DNA from: Vicugna vicugna
Lineage: Eukaryota
Assembly (NCBI GenBank): GCA_013265495.1
Contig: MU061578.1
Span: 2,179,308 to 2,243,307 of the forward strand
Reading direction: 5' to 3'
Length of the DNA stretch: 64,000 nt
Below, piece by piece: positions 24,893 through 37,315 of this stretch. The stretch's first letter is position 1; the number at the start of each line of letters is the position of its first letter. The translations under genes and the position numbers were made by a program. Under the pieces are notes generated by a model, which was given only the letters and a program-made list of their open reading frames with translations, did not search any database and had not been told where the DNA came from.

Positions 24893-25550
24893 CACCTACA
24901 ACCAAACATGTGGGGACTCAAATGGAAATCACATTGAAGGGCTTTGTGATTTCCCGCAGAGAGAACAAATTCCCCCGAACCCTCCTGCCAGAAGCAGCTC
25001 CCATCAGCTCGCGGCAGAACAACAATGCTAAATTACTGCTTAACTACTTCTCTATGATGATCTCCCGCATCTCGCCAGGAAAATCACCGCTATTCTCTTG
25101 GTGCCGGGAACAGCTGCAGTTCACACGTTTGGGGGTGGTGGGGGAGGCTTTTCCACACGATTCCCTCTAACGAGTCCGAACTTGATTTCAGGGGCTCTGT
25201 TTCCTTTTCTCTCTGCAGAGTTTTCTCCAGGAAGCTGACACACACCAAGTCCGCGTTTGAGAGAAGAGTTTCACCAGCTCTGATCGGCAGGAGCAGAGGA
25301 AGAGGAGGGTAAGGCTGTGAGTCTTCCCAGGGAAAAGACACAGTGGTGTCTTGTTTCAAATCACACCTGGGATTCTGGACATTTAGCAGAGGCAGCGGGG
25401 GGAATGCAGTGGCGTAGTTTAAAGCAGTCACGTCTATTTCTGCTTCTTTTTGTCTGTTGGTAGAAGGAAGCTCTTGATCTTGGCTGAAATAACAACTGGG
25501 CTGCATCAGAGCTGTTTGGTGGTGGGCGGGGAATCAGGTCCCTGAGTGAG

Positions 25551-25755
25551 CAGGGTTGCCCCCCAAAGTACAGGAAACCAACATATATTTGAACTTCAGA
25601 TAAAAATGAACATAGGTTGTTTTTTTTTAAAACAATGTAAGTGTGTCCCAAATACTGTCTAGGACATACTTATGCTCAACAAATATTTGTGGTTTCTTTG
25701 CTATTCATAGGTAACTGGGCATTGTGCACTTTTACTTGCTACATCTGGCAATCTT
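25551..25755. mobile_element. MER53 (palindromic hAT MITE)
   Basis: agggttgcc ... ggcaatct termini; internal palindrome taagtgtgtcccaaa / ggacatacttatg. Confidence 0.85.
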
Positions 25756-26231
25756 TTGAGGGAGGGACAAGGTTAGGAAACTGTTCTCTCAGGGCCTTCC
25801 TTACTCTCCAGGAAAGGACACCATGGAGAAAGGAAGAGGGCAGACCAGGGGATTATTCAGTCTAGAGCTACTTGAGCAGAAGCACGATGCTGAGAGGTCA
25901 GCCTCTAGACCCAGCTCTGTGGGTCTGAGTCTGCTGCTTCTTAGCTGTTGAATCTGGGCAAGCAGCTTCACCTCCTCACGCCTCCACCTCTTCATCCATT
26001 AAACAGGATGGGCGGTGTAGTGGTACCTACTTTATACAGCGCATGGGATGGTTAAGTGGAACCATCTATGCCAGGTGCTGGATGCAATGCTTGGAAATAA
26101 CTCAACCCAAGTCATGTCATTATGCACCATAGTTATTACATGTCCCTTTGTAGATCAGCTAGGGAACATCTGCTAACCAGCCCAAACAGTGACATGTAAT
26201 GCAAGACAATTGCCCCCATTCCCTAACCCAC

Positions 26232-26426
26232 GGCCGGCAAATTCCCACTACTATCTGTTTTTGTAAATAAAGTTTTATTGGAACACGGCCACACTCATTC
26301 TTTCACATATTGTCTGTGGCTTTCATGTTACAAGGGCAGAGGTGAGTAGTCACCATAGAGACTGTGTGGTTCTAAAAGCCTGAAATATTTATTAGTTGGC
26401 CCAAGATGGAGTTTGCTGAGCCCTGG
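26232..26426. mobile_element. MER58A (hAT-Charlie)
   Basis: tgtttttgtaaataaagttttattggaacacggccacactcattc...aagcctgaaatattta. Confidence 0.88.
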
Positions 26427-26436
26427 TCTAACCACT

Positions 26437-26926
26437 TACTTTAGTTTCCTATTGTTGCTGGAACACATTACTACAAACTCAGTAGCTTAAAACAACACAG
26501 ACTTATTCTCTTACAGCTCCGGAGGTCAGACATTGGAAATCAGTCTCACTGGGCTACAGCCAAAGTGGTGGCAGGGCTCTGCTCATTCTCAGAGCTCTAG
26601 AAGATAATCCTTTTCCTCACTTTTTCCAGTCCCTAGAAGCCATCATCTACATTCCCTGGCTCATGGCCCCTTCCTCTATCTTCAAAGTATATCATTTCAA
26701 TTTCTGCTCTCATCACCCCATCACCTCCACCTCGACTCCTTCCTCCTTCCCCTTATAAGGACACTTGTGATGACATTGGGGTCACCTAGATAATCCAGGA
26801 TAATCCCCCAACTCAAGATCCTTAACTTAATCAATCTGCAAAGTCCTGCTTGCCATGTGAGGTAACATAGTCACAGGTTCTGGGGACATGGACGTACTTG
26901 GAGGCATAATTATTCAGACTATCACA
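26437..26926 (-). mobile_element. MaLR solo LTR, MLT1C/D-like
   Basis: gcttaaaacaacaca...ggataatccccc..tcaagatccttaacttaatca..tctgcaaagtcc; 5-bp TSD ccact / ccacc. Confidence 0.88.
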
Positions 26927-27429
26927 CCACCCACAGGGGTCATAGAGAAGGCAGATGCCAAGCCACAATCCAGACATGCTCTCATCCCAGACCTGCACCT
27001 GGGCACGAAGAATGAACCTCCTATGAGCCTGCAGTATGTGACTGGGCTTGGGGTCCCCTCAGGGATCTAAAGTCTGACAGGTGAGAGATTCTGGGTTGGG
27101 GAGCAGGCAGTAGAGGAAGCACTTGGAGGAAGAGGGAAGGGAAGGGAATGTGTTCAGAGCATCCTCCATGCACAGAGCCTTCTGGTCTCTTCCCTCGCCT
27201 TTTAAGTGCATCTGACCCAAATGAAGACAATACTTTTTAAAAGGTACTCTCAACAGGCCTCATCTACTGGAGGGGGGGTGCTCCCAACAGCCTCCTTGGA
27301 GAGCAGCGGCCAGCCTGACAGCACTCTCAGGGGCAGGAAGCTGAGTCTCCCACAAGGAGCCTGGAAGAGACCAGGATGTTCAGAAGCAAGAGAGGCATCA
27401 CAGCTCACCTGCAGGAAGGTCTCTGACAG

Positions 27430-27720
27430 CCCAGGCTCCCTCCCAGAGAATCCTGAGAGATGCTCCTCTAGGTTTTGCCAGCGCGTTTCCCAGGATGGGG
27501 AGCTCACTACCTCCTCAGGTAGACGGCCCTGTCCTCCTTGGAGCCCATCTGCTGTTACAGGGTTCTCTCCCTTTGTTGTGCTCACATGGGCATCCAGGTG
27601 ATTTTAACCACTAGCCGTACTTCTACTAACTTAAGTGCCCATCCCTTTGACATCACCTCACATCCATGAAGCCCAGATTCTCACCCAGGAGTTCCTTCCC
27701 CCATCCAAGCCTTTTCTCTT
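27430..27720 (-). mobile_element. L3/CR1 LINE fragment
   Basis: gatggggagctcactacctc followed by ctgtta..gttct and downstream blocks resembling the antisense CR1 3' region. Confidence 0.6.
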
Positions 27721-28367
27721 AGAGCTCTGTGCTTATGTAAAAACATGTGTGGTCATGGGGAGAGCTGTGTTCTAGGTATACCAAAGGCACAGGAGAGAAG
27801 AGGTGTGAAGCTAGGTCACCCTCAGCCAGCCAGCACATGATGGCTTTCTCCCTGGCAGAGGAGAGCATTCCCTCGGGCCCCAGCCTCATGCTCTGCACTC
27901 AGACACCAGGGAGAGGGGGTGGCCTCTCTGGGAGTGGCTTTGTTCTTCCAGACTCTTTAGAAGAGCTGTCTGATTCACTGCTGTGCAGATGTGATGCCTC
28001 TGGTTCAAATAAGGACAGAACTGCAGAGAAGTGGGGGAGGCAAGAGAAGGCTGGGAGTGAGATGCCGGAAAACTGTCCTATATTTGTCACTCAGTTGGTG
28101 ACACAGGGCCCTGGTCAGTTTCTAAAACACAGCAGGGACCTAACAACTCTTTGCTGACTTTGGATATGAGGAAACTGAGGAACTGAAGAGGGGGAGTGTT
28201 ATTGAGTTAGATATTAGATGGACTGTGAGCAGTGGACCATGAGTGCCTTGGTCACCATTCCCAGGGTCTAGTGCAGTCTTTGGTGCATTTGGAGCAGATG
28301 GGCTCCAAGGAAGACAGGGCTGTCTACCTGGGGAGGTAGTGAGCGCCCCATCCTGGGAAACGCGCTG
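27479..28367. repeat. 75-bp inverted repeat pair (arms 27479-27553 and 28293-28367, 739-bp spacer)
   Basis: Manual alignment of arm 1 with the reverse complement of arm 2: 71/75 identical, no gaps. Confidence 0.97.
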
Positions 28368-28371
28368 CTCG

Positions 28372-28856
28372 TGGCAGACATTGTTGGCTGTTTACCCAAT
28401 AGCCACTCCCAACCACCTTCTCCACTGTCTGTCTTGGTTTCCCAGTCTTGATAACCCCTAGGGGTTACCACAAGATCGATTCTAGCCAACAAGCTGCAAG
28501 AGGAGGACTACCAGTGAGGGCATCTCCTCAGAAAGCAGTTCTTTGGATAAAAAGAGCCTCAAGAAGAAAAGGCTTCCATTTATCTGCTTCTTACCTTGAA
28601 ACACAGTGGCAAGTTGTGATGACTGGAGCTGTGGCAGCCATCTTATGTCATGAAACCATGCAAAGGAGGATGAAAGTCTGTGCTGAGAGTGGCAAAGCAA
28701 AATTGTGGAACAAAGTTTGGATTCTTGATGCTGTTGAGCTATCTCGGAACCACCTGACTCCGGTCTTGTTGAACGAAGTACTTAGTGCCTGTATTGATAA
28801 GACTTTGTTGGCCAGGTGTGTTGTTTGCAGCTCAGGACACCCTAGTTGATGGAACA
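28372..28856 (+). mobile_element. MaLR LTR, MLT1J/K-like
   Basis: gtggcagacattgttggctgtttacccaatagccactcc...gatgactggagctgtggcagccatctt...tgtttgcagc. Confidence 0.75.
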
Positions 28857-29232
28857 CTTGATAGATAGTTCCTGAATTATACTGGGTCTGGGCAGCTTAT
28901 AGGAAATCTTCATCTGGTGAGTCAGGACCAGATAATGACTATTGGACCCTTAATAGATGGGCAGGGGAAGGGGCTAAAAGAATCATGGCCAAAACCCAAG
29001 AAAATGGCTTTTGACAGAAAGTGGGTCTCAGAAAAAACTTAGTTCTCTCCAAGTTAGAGACATTAGATTTCTGGTTCTGACTTTCTGTGGTTTTTGTTAG
29101 ACTTTTTCTTCCTGGTAAGTATTGAGCAGAGGGTAGAGAAGTTTACTTGGAGCCTTAGCCAGTTGAAATGTGGTGCAGAGCAGGGACTCTGGAACCGGTC
29201 AAGTTGAATCTAAGTGAGTCAAGCTGTAAGTT

Positions 29233-29440
29233 GGGGTTTTTCAACCTCAGCACTGTTGACATCTAGGGCCAGATAATTCCTTGCTGTGGGGTCTGTCCCG
29301 GACATTACGGTCTATCAACATCCCTGGCCTCTACCATTCGATGCCAGGAGAATTGCCCGCTCCAAGTTGTGACACCAAAAATGTTTCCAGACTTTGCCAA
29401 ATGATCCCTGGGGTGTGAATTTTCCTGGAGGAGAAACATG
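29233..29440 (-). mobile_element. MER20
   Basis: ttttcaacctcagcactgttgacat..gggccagataattc...gttgtgacaccaaaaatgtttccagac.ttgccaaatg. Confidence 0.88.
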
Positions 29441-29879
29441 CCTCTTGAACAGACTGTGAGCAAGGAGGCTGACTCCTCTGAGCCTCCTTTCCCTCATCTG
29501 TAAAATGGGAATAAGAAGAGAGCTACTTGCTGGAGCTGGTGTGAGCATTCCCCGCGTAATCTGCAAAAGGTGCTCCAGTCAGTATTAACCGTTATGACAC
29601 TGACTGTACTTCAAGGCAGGTTGTGCCAGGCCTGCTTTGTGACCTGGCACTTACCAGAGCTGAAAGGAATGTAGATATTCATTGATTCAAGTCCCCATTT
29701 TTCAGGTGGGGAAACATAGATCCAGGGGGGAGAAGGTGACCTGGCCAGTGTCACATATCAAGTAGGCACCAGTCCCAGAACCAGAGACCAGATATCATGA
29801 ATGCTGACCTGTGTTGTCTCCTTCTGAAGCAGAAACCTGGACCAGCCTTCCCAGGAGGCCTCCCCTGCTTCCCACAGGA

Positions 29880-31345
29880 TCCTCACCTCCAGTCAGTTCA
29901 AGAGTATTTACTGGGAGCAGACTTCACACCAGGCATCACAGTAAATACCGGGGATGCTGTGATCACTAAGACAAGCCCGGTCTACCCTGTCCTCATGAAG
30001 CTTGGTTGGAAAAGCCAACATTACACAAATAATGACAGATGAGGTACATTTGGAATCTCAGGGAGCTCTGAAATAAACCAAAATTGGAAGTAGATATAGA
30101 AAACTCCAATTCTGTCACTTTTTTCCCAAATGAGGCACAGGAACCTCCCAGGACAGAGGAGGATGCTGGCATCAGTGAGTCGGCTTTCCTGAAAAGGCAT
30201 CTCCCCACCTCCTCTTGCCCCAACTAGAGGGTGGGGGTGGTAACTGGTGGGGTTGAGAGCACAGAGATGTGGGGTGGTGCTGGGAGTCACTGCAATCTTG
30301 AGGCTTATGTAATTTCTGAGAAAGCAGTCTCTGATCAGATTTAGATGGGGACAAAAGAACAAACCACGTGGCCAATATAATCATTTAGGATTCTGCCAGC
30401 TGGACAAACCCTTGTCCTAATTTGTGTTGCCCCAAGGACACCAGAGCTACATCCTGGAGGGTGTTTTGGGGGGGGAAGGAGCACGGTGTGTATTCAAGGA
30501 ACTGAGGAAAGTCCAGCAGGCCTGGAATCTAAACAGCATGTGCAAAGGCTCCATGGGAGAAGTGCGGGTGGGAAGGGGCGGTCGGGAAGATGACAGGAGT
30601 CTAGCGGGCTTGGAGCAGAGTGGGTGAGAGGGACCGTGGTAGACAATGAGGCTAGAAGCGTAGGCAGGGTTCTTATCCCTGAGACACCTCCAAATCACGT
30701 TAGGGAATACGGATCCTTCTGCAGGTGCCCAGGGCCACTAGAGGGTCATAATTAAAAGCATCACATGACCCATCAGGGACACATCCCCTTGGCTTGGAGA
30801 ATGCATTAAGGGAAGTGAGGCTGGAGATGGGAGACAAGGCAGGAAGCTGGAGCTTGGGGAGATAGATCCTTGGGGAGAAAAAGGTGGCCCAGGTTAGTGT
30901 AGAACAGTGTTCTCAGCCGGGCACTCGGCAATGATGGGAGACAGTTCAGGTTGCCAAAACCAGTGGAGGGGAGATGCTGCTGACATCTACTGCGTGGAGG
31001 CCAAGGATGCAGCTAAGTGTCCTGTAGTGCACAGGACAGCCCTCCACCCCACCCCGCCAACAACCAAAAATTACCCAACCCAAAATGTCAATAGTGCCAA
31101 GGTTAAGAAATCCTGGCATAGAAAGATGGAGAGGGGGGTTCGAGTTGCATTTAGAAGGTACAGTTGGCAGACCTAGTGACAAACTGGATGTGGAGGTTGA
31201 AGAATAAGGAAGCATCAGGGATGAGTCCTCCGTAACAGGAGGGATCATGGTTCCATCCACCGACACGGGGAGCACAGAGGAGGAGCAAGGAAGAGGGAAG
31301 GATAAAGACTCAGTTTGGGGCATGTTGAGGTAAGAGTCCCGGATG
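29880..31345 (-). mobile_element. Fragmented L2, interrupted by MER20 and unique sequence
   Basis: tcaagagtatttactg..ccaggca, aaacagcatgtgcaaaggc, ggaggttgaaga..ggaagcatcagggatgagtcc, ctcagtttggggcatgttgag. Confidence 0.65.
30905..31115 (+). mobile_element. MER20
   Basis: cagtgttctca...gaggccaaggatgcagctaa...caaaatgtcaatagtgccaaggttaagaaatcctg; 8-bp TSD gtgtagaa / gcatagaa, both derivable from gcgtagaa by CpG decay. Confidence 0.88.
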
Positions 31346-32095
31346 CGAGCAGAGGGAAACTCCCTCAGAGCTCCTGGCCATCTGGGCAAAGGGTTTCAGG
31401 AGCTCCCTGTCCCCCCTGACTGTGCTTGTCAGCTCCCCATCATCCACCTGGGTCTCCCGTATCCAGGGCTCCACCCGCTGCATTTCCTTCCTAGTGGCCA
31501 GCTCTCCCGGTGGGGGTCTGGCTTTCCTGGACCAGCCTTACCCCCAGCTGCGGAGCCCACATCCCCTGTGGCGGTGGCTGCGGCGGCAGCAGACGGAGCT
31601 GCCCTCCCACTCCCCAGACTTCAGTCACCCCCACAGCCGCACGACTAATTAGACAGCTGCAGCAAGCTACAATTTGCTAAATTGCCTCGCGCTCTAACTT
31701 CTGGCAGGGACTAATCTTGAGTTCTCAACTGGGAGCCCAGAGCCTTCCTCCAAGCAGCCTCGGCCCCCCGTGTCCCTTGTCTTCTCCCGGATGTCACTGT
31801 GTCCCCATCACCCAAAGGAGACGGAGAGAGGCCAGGTCAGGAGTCTCTCCTGGGATGGTGCCAGGAGAGGATAGGAGGCTACGGGCATGGCTCCCCAAGA
31901 AGCTTGTCATCGACTGTCCCCACAAAAAGACTACAGAAGAAGATGAGTAAGTAATCAGATATAACAACTTGCCAAATTGAGTCTAATCAAGAACTGAAAC
32001 GGGTGAGACAGGAAGCACGTTTTACGGGGGTGGCAGACGAGGCTGTTTCCCTCATGAGACCTTGAGAAAGAAGGGCCTTTGGAGACCATCGAGCC

Positions 32096-32285
32096 CAGCA
32101 TTCTCAAAGGGCCACCTGCCTCAGAACTGCATAGTTGGGTCGAGGGCAGGGACTTGCTGGGGATGCAGATTCCTGGGCCCTGTCTCTGAAGATGCTGACT
32201 CAGCAGATCCAAGGTGGGGACCAGGAATATGGTTCTTTTAAACAAATAGGCCAGGTTATTGACACCCATAAAACCTGCCTGTGCT
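32096..32285. mobile_element. MER5A-like
   Basis: atgcagattcctgggccc...tgactcagca...ggtggggaccaggaat..tttaaacaa. Confidence 0.7.
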
Positions 32286-33654
32286 AGGATCAAGGTCCTC
32301 AAATCCCTGTTTCTCCAGTAAGCTTCCCCAGTCCTTATCAGAATTAATCAGAATGAGACGTGTGATACTGTTTCCTACGAAGCTGATCAATGTGTGTGCA
32401 GGTCCCACAAAGCTGTGTGCAGCTGTGCTAGGACCCGCTGCTCCGCCCCCGCCAGGAAGGCCGCCTGCCCCTGCCCACTCTGTGCTCAGGTCACATGTCC
32501 CGTCTCCTAGGACGTCCAAGTCTAGGTCAGGCACCTAATCTGGCGAGAACAAACGTCCTGTCCCCGAGGGGGCCCCAGTCCCTCAGGTTCCTCTGTTTTA
32601 CGTGCATTTGCAGGACAAGCAGGTCAGTTACATTTCAGAAAGGGAGTTTCAACCACGTGCCGCAAAATGCCATCCTCCTCACCCAGGTTTGGAGAGGGAG
32701 AGTAGCATATGCATGAATTCTTTTTGTCTCCAAATCAATACATGGGAGGCTCTAATCTTTCCAAAATTATAATAATTTGGATAGAAGCTGGACTGAAGAA
32801 AGAGATAACTGTTCTCTCTCCAACATCAAACATTGCCAAGACCAATACACATGTCAGTTCCTGGTTTACTGATCACAAATCTTCCTTACCTTTCAGTTAA
32901 AGGAGACCCTGTAAGAGCAGCTTAGTAGGCAACATTGTATTAGCTAAGTTACCTTTATAATGAAAAGATACAGTGGACCACCTCCCTTACTTTTACTATT
33001 CTGCAAACGTCTTATTAATACACATTGTTGTTGAATTAGGAAACCATGGTGAACTGTCACCTTTTATTCTCACAGTGGGCTTTTTGGCAAAGGTAGTGAG
33101 ACGTGTTAATGACTAAGACACTAGAATGAGATTCTTACCCAGAACCTTGGCCCCTCTATTTGGCTCTAGATCTCTATGGACACCCTGAAATGGAGTGTAA
33201 AATATGCATTATGGAAGAGGGTCATTGACTTTCGCCAGATTCTCTGAAACATCTATGGCCCTTAAAGGGATATAAGCTCCACTGGAGAATCTCTTTCTGT
33301 TGCCAGATTGGTACAGCAGGGGATGACCAAAATGACTTCTTTGGAGCATTTGACCTTATCATTTGCAGAAGGCGTCCATTCACTCTCAGGCATATCCTTC
33401 CCTGCAGGGGTCCCAGAGACTGGACGTCCATAGCAGGTCACTTTCTGGATAATCTCCTCTTCCCATTCTGCTTCTAAGACCTAGAACCCAGCTTTCTCCC
33501 TCAGCTGAGCCCATGATGCCCCAATTAAGAAGTAACTGGACATTTGACAGGTTTGTACCAAATGCCCCATGAATGTGTACCTGCCCTCATGTGGCTTACA
33601 GGCTTATAGGGCAGAGACATATCCATAAGGTGAAATTACAGTACAATCAGCATA

Positions 33655-33830
33655 ATGAGGATATTATGTGCCAGGCTCTGAGCTAAGCATTTCATACATA
33701 GTATACTATCTAATCTTCACAATAGCTCCAAGAACTGAACTATTATTCATCTCCATTTTAAGGTGAGAAAACTAAGGCACAGAAATTCCAAGAAACCAGC
33801 CCAAGGTCACACAGCTGGAAAGTGGCAGAA
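33655..33830 (-). mobile_element. MIR
   Basis: tatgtgccaggctctgagctaagcattt...ccattttaaggtgagaaaactaaggcacaga...cccaaggtcacacagct. Confidence 0.85.
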
Positions 33831-34204
33831 TAGCATGCCCCTGCCTGCCTCAACCGTCCTTCTATGGATTCACCCTCCCCAGTCCATTAGCCAGTGCAGT
33901 CTGGAACTAGCTGGGGTCAGGATCTACTTTCCTGGCCTTCCCCCCAGCTTCAGGGGGGCCTGGGGCAAGAGGCACACTACCCTGTATCCAGTGAGCTTCA
34001 GCCTCCCTTAGACCTCTCAGGTTATACCTGACCCAGGGGAGCTGGCTTCCTGCCCACCCAGTCCTGCTTCTCTTCCAGGTTCCAGTTTTTACCTGAGCCC
34101 TTAGCTGAGTCCAGCCTCCTCCATGCAGTCCTGGACTGTGACCTGTTGCTGGCTGGGGTCTTCCTTCAGCCAAATGGACATGCCTTTCCTCTAGAATCAT
34201 GACA

Positions 34205-34850
34205 CTAGATACACATTTTTTGAGAGCTTACCATGTCCCAGACCCCATTTTAGGCAGTGGAAATATGTGTGAACAAGATTGAGTCCCTGATCTAAAAGAG
34301 CTTATGCATTCATTTTTTAAAAATTCATTTCTTTCACTAAATATTTAATGAACACCTACTATGTGACATGAAGGGTCAACATGAAGAGGAGAACAATGAT
34401 CAACTAGGCAATAAATGCTTAGCAAGCTCATTTTACACAGAGGTAAGGGTCACAGGGAAACATAGTTGGGGGGTAGGACGGAACGGCAGGTGGGAGCCTC
34501 ATTTAGATGGGATGCTCTGGGACGGTCCAGTGGTGGAGCTGGCCTGTGAGAGGAGACCTGAGTGCCCAGAAGAAGCTGGTCATTCTATGCATGAGGGGCA
34601 GAAGCAGCAGCTGGGAAAGAGCTTGATGGCAGGAATGACCTTGGGCCTTTGAAACAAGATGGTCAGTGTTAGAGCCATGAGGAACGGCAGGAAGAGTGGA
34701 ACCTACTTGGGGGACAGGTGGCAGCAAGACCAGATGGGCACCCTGCATCCCTGGAGAGGATGTGGATGTCACTGTAGGCGGACAGTGGGGGCACCCAGAG
34801 AAGGCATCAGTGTGATCTGATTTGGGTTCAGAGATCATCCTAGCTGCTGT
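34205..34850 (-). mobile_element. L2 fragments
   Basis: cattt..ttcactaaatatttaatgaacacctactatgtg; gtgaacaaga..gtccctga; gtgtgatctgatttg..ttcagagatcat. Confidence 0.7.
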
Positions 34851-35959
34851 ATGTCATCTTCCCATGGGTCTTACCCACAGGAGTCTCACCTCCCGGACCA
34901 GACCCACAGACACCCACTCAAACAGAGCTGGAAGCCACCACTCCTACTGGGACTTGGTCCTTCCCCTCCTGAGGGGCATCCAGACCTAACTCACATCCCT
35001 GCAATGCTGACCCCATATAATCCACTTTCCTCCTGCTGCTAGGCTGTGACGGTTACTGAGCTTTCATTGAGTCGCATTCACTTTTATAGAAAAAAACAAT
35101 GAAGGGCAGATAATTGGAAGTTCAATGATTCCTTTGTGATCCTGAGTGCCAGTTAGACAACTAGACTGCCTTGGTGGGGCTGAAATGAATACCTACATTC
35201 AATGTCATCATAAAATGCATAGTTAAGGCTTGGTGCCCAGTGTGGACGATAACGCTTCGCTGACTCCACCCAACTATGAGCTTATAGACTCTAACCAAAT
35301 ATTCAGGTACCCAGGCATTATCAGACCCCAAGTGGCCACTGATATATTGGAGACAATTTGCAAATGGTTTTGCAGCCTATGACATTGGTGATGGACAATC
35401 CTAGCCTGGAGGAAAATGGCAATTTGATGTTTTTAAAACCCTGCAATGAAATGTCAGGGCCATCTGAATATACTGAGCAAAGGAAGGAACTGGAATCAAG
35501 AGGAAAGGAGAGGCAAACATCCTAGGGTCTCACCCCTGGGGGTCTCTCATGACATCTATTCCAATGAGTTATCTAAGGAAGAAAACAAAACAATTTTTTT
35601 TCCCCTGCACACTGAAGGTTTTTCCAAAAGGTTCCCATTTATCTTTGATTCTGTAGTTGCTGGTGATAGCATTCAAAGGCCTTCGGGATAACAGGTGCAT
35701 TTCAAATGAGTGGAAATAACAAATAAATTGGATCCAGGATTTACAGCATTAGCAATGTCTTTGTTCTCTTGCGTCAATGCCTGGCTTATGGACAGCAGAG
35801 CTACACAGCCCACAGGAGCCCAGAGAGATCGTGGGCAGGGGATGCTGCTTGGGTAGGGGGTGGGGAGGAAGAGGGGGTGGAGGGGAAAAGGGAGGAGGCA
35901 GAGAGGGACCACGAGTCCTTGTATGCAGTTTCTCAGCACATGCTCCAGGCTCTACATCC

Positions 35960-36900
35960 AAAATTCGACTGACACCCTTCCTCCTCCCTCCATCCCTGCT
36001 GCCACTACCCTGGTCCAAGTCATCATTAGGACTTTAAACAGGCTCCCACTGGTTCCCCTCACTTCTCTTTGCCCCTTCAATCAATTTTCCGCACAGCAGT
36101 CAAAACGATCTTTTCAAAACACACAACACATCATATGACTCCCAGCTTAAAACCTTTCTAGAGCTTCCTATGGTGTTTAGGGTAAATGCTGTGCTGGCTA
36201 CAGCCTAGAAGTCTCTTCAGGACGGGTCCCTGCCTCACTGTCCCCACTGCCCTCTACACTCCAGTGTGGTAGGCAGCTTCTAGGATGGTCCCTGAGGTCC
36301 CATCTTCTAGGCATTCATGCCTTTGTGCAGTCCCCTTCCTTGAGTGTGAGATGGACTAGAGACTTGATTCTAATGAAGAGAAGATAACAAAGGAGAGAGA
36401 GCTGGAAACCAGGTCCTTCCTCAGTTGAGCCTTCAGAAGACTGCAGACCCAGGTAACCCACCATGACTGCAGCCTGTGAGAGACCCTGAAACTGAGGCCC
36501 CAGCTAAGCTGCACCTGGATTCCTGACCCAAAGGAACTGTGTGACATAAATGTCATTGTTTTAAGTGCTAAGTGTTGGGGTAGTTTATTATACAGCAATA
36601 GACAGTTAATGTATCCAGCCACCTTGTTCGCCTTTCAGCCTACAGGTACACCACTCTCTTCCTTGCCCCAGGGTTCCCACACACTTTATCCTCTCCTGAA
36701 ATGCTCCATCCCTACCCTTCACACGGCTGCATGTTTTTCATCCTTTATTTCTAGGCTAAGATGTCACTTTCTCAGAGATGTGACCTGATTGCAACATCTA
36801 AGTAGTTACTTTGCCCACCAGTGTTCTTAAATACCCTTTAGTTCTTTAACCCTCTTAGTAGCTCTGACCATGGTTAGTAACTATAAATTATTGATATATG
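35960..36900 (+). mobile_element. L2 interrupted by an MLT1 LTR
   Basis: ctgccactaccctggtccaagtcatcat...cacagcagtcaaa.gatcttttcaaaac...gcttaaaacctt; resumes after 36618. Confidence 0.75.
36265..36613 (+). mobile_element. MaLR solo LTR, MLT1E/F-like
   Basis: tgtggtaggcag..tctaggatggtccc...cccagctaagctgcacctggattcctgaccca; perfect 5-bp TSD tccag (36260-36264 / 36614-36618). Confidence 0.88.
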
Positions 36901-36928
36901 ATCCAAATGACTCTCTCCTATATCGAGA

Positions 36929-37045
36929 CGGATGAATGCAAAGGTAGATAGATGGGTGGATGGATAGACAGGTGGGTAGGTGGATGGATGGATGGATGGA
37001 TAGTTGGATAGATGGATGGGCAGATGAATAGATGGATGATGGATG
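36929..37045. repeat. (GGAT/AGAT)n simple repeat
   Basis: ggatggatggatggatggata... Confidence 0.9.
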
Positions 37046-37159
37046 AGGAGGAGAAAGAGCCACATAGACACACTGGTGTGTGTTCAGAGGAAGATGGCCA
37101 ATATAGCAAGAGGACTTGAAATTAGGGGGGCTTTAACTTCAAGCAGAGGCTGCCATCTA

Positions 37160-37315
37160 AAGTTTAACTGGAACACAGCCACACCCCTTTTTTCATACTG
37201 TCTATAGCTGCTTCCACACTACAGAAGAGTTGAGTAGTCAAGACAAAGACAGTGTTCCCTGAAAGCTTAAAACAGTAACTGTCTGGCCCTTTTCAGGAAA
37301 AGCTTGCTGACTCCT
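37160..37315. mobile_element. MER58A fragment
   Basis: ggaacacagccacaccc...tgtctatagctgcttccacactaca...ctggccctttt. Confidence 0.8.

Noticed and set aside
30732..30748. CTCF-like GGCCACTAGAGGGTC
   Set aside because: Lacks the strongly conserved C of the GGC end and lies within an L2 remnant
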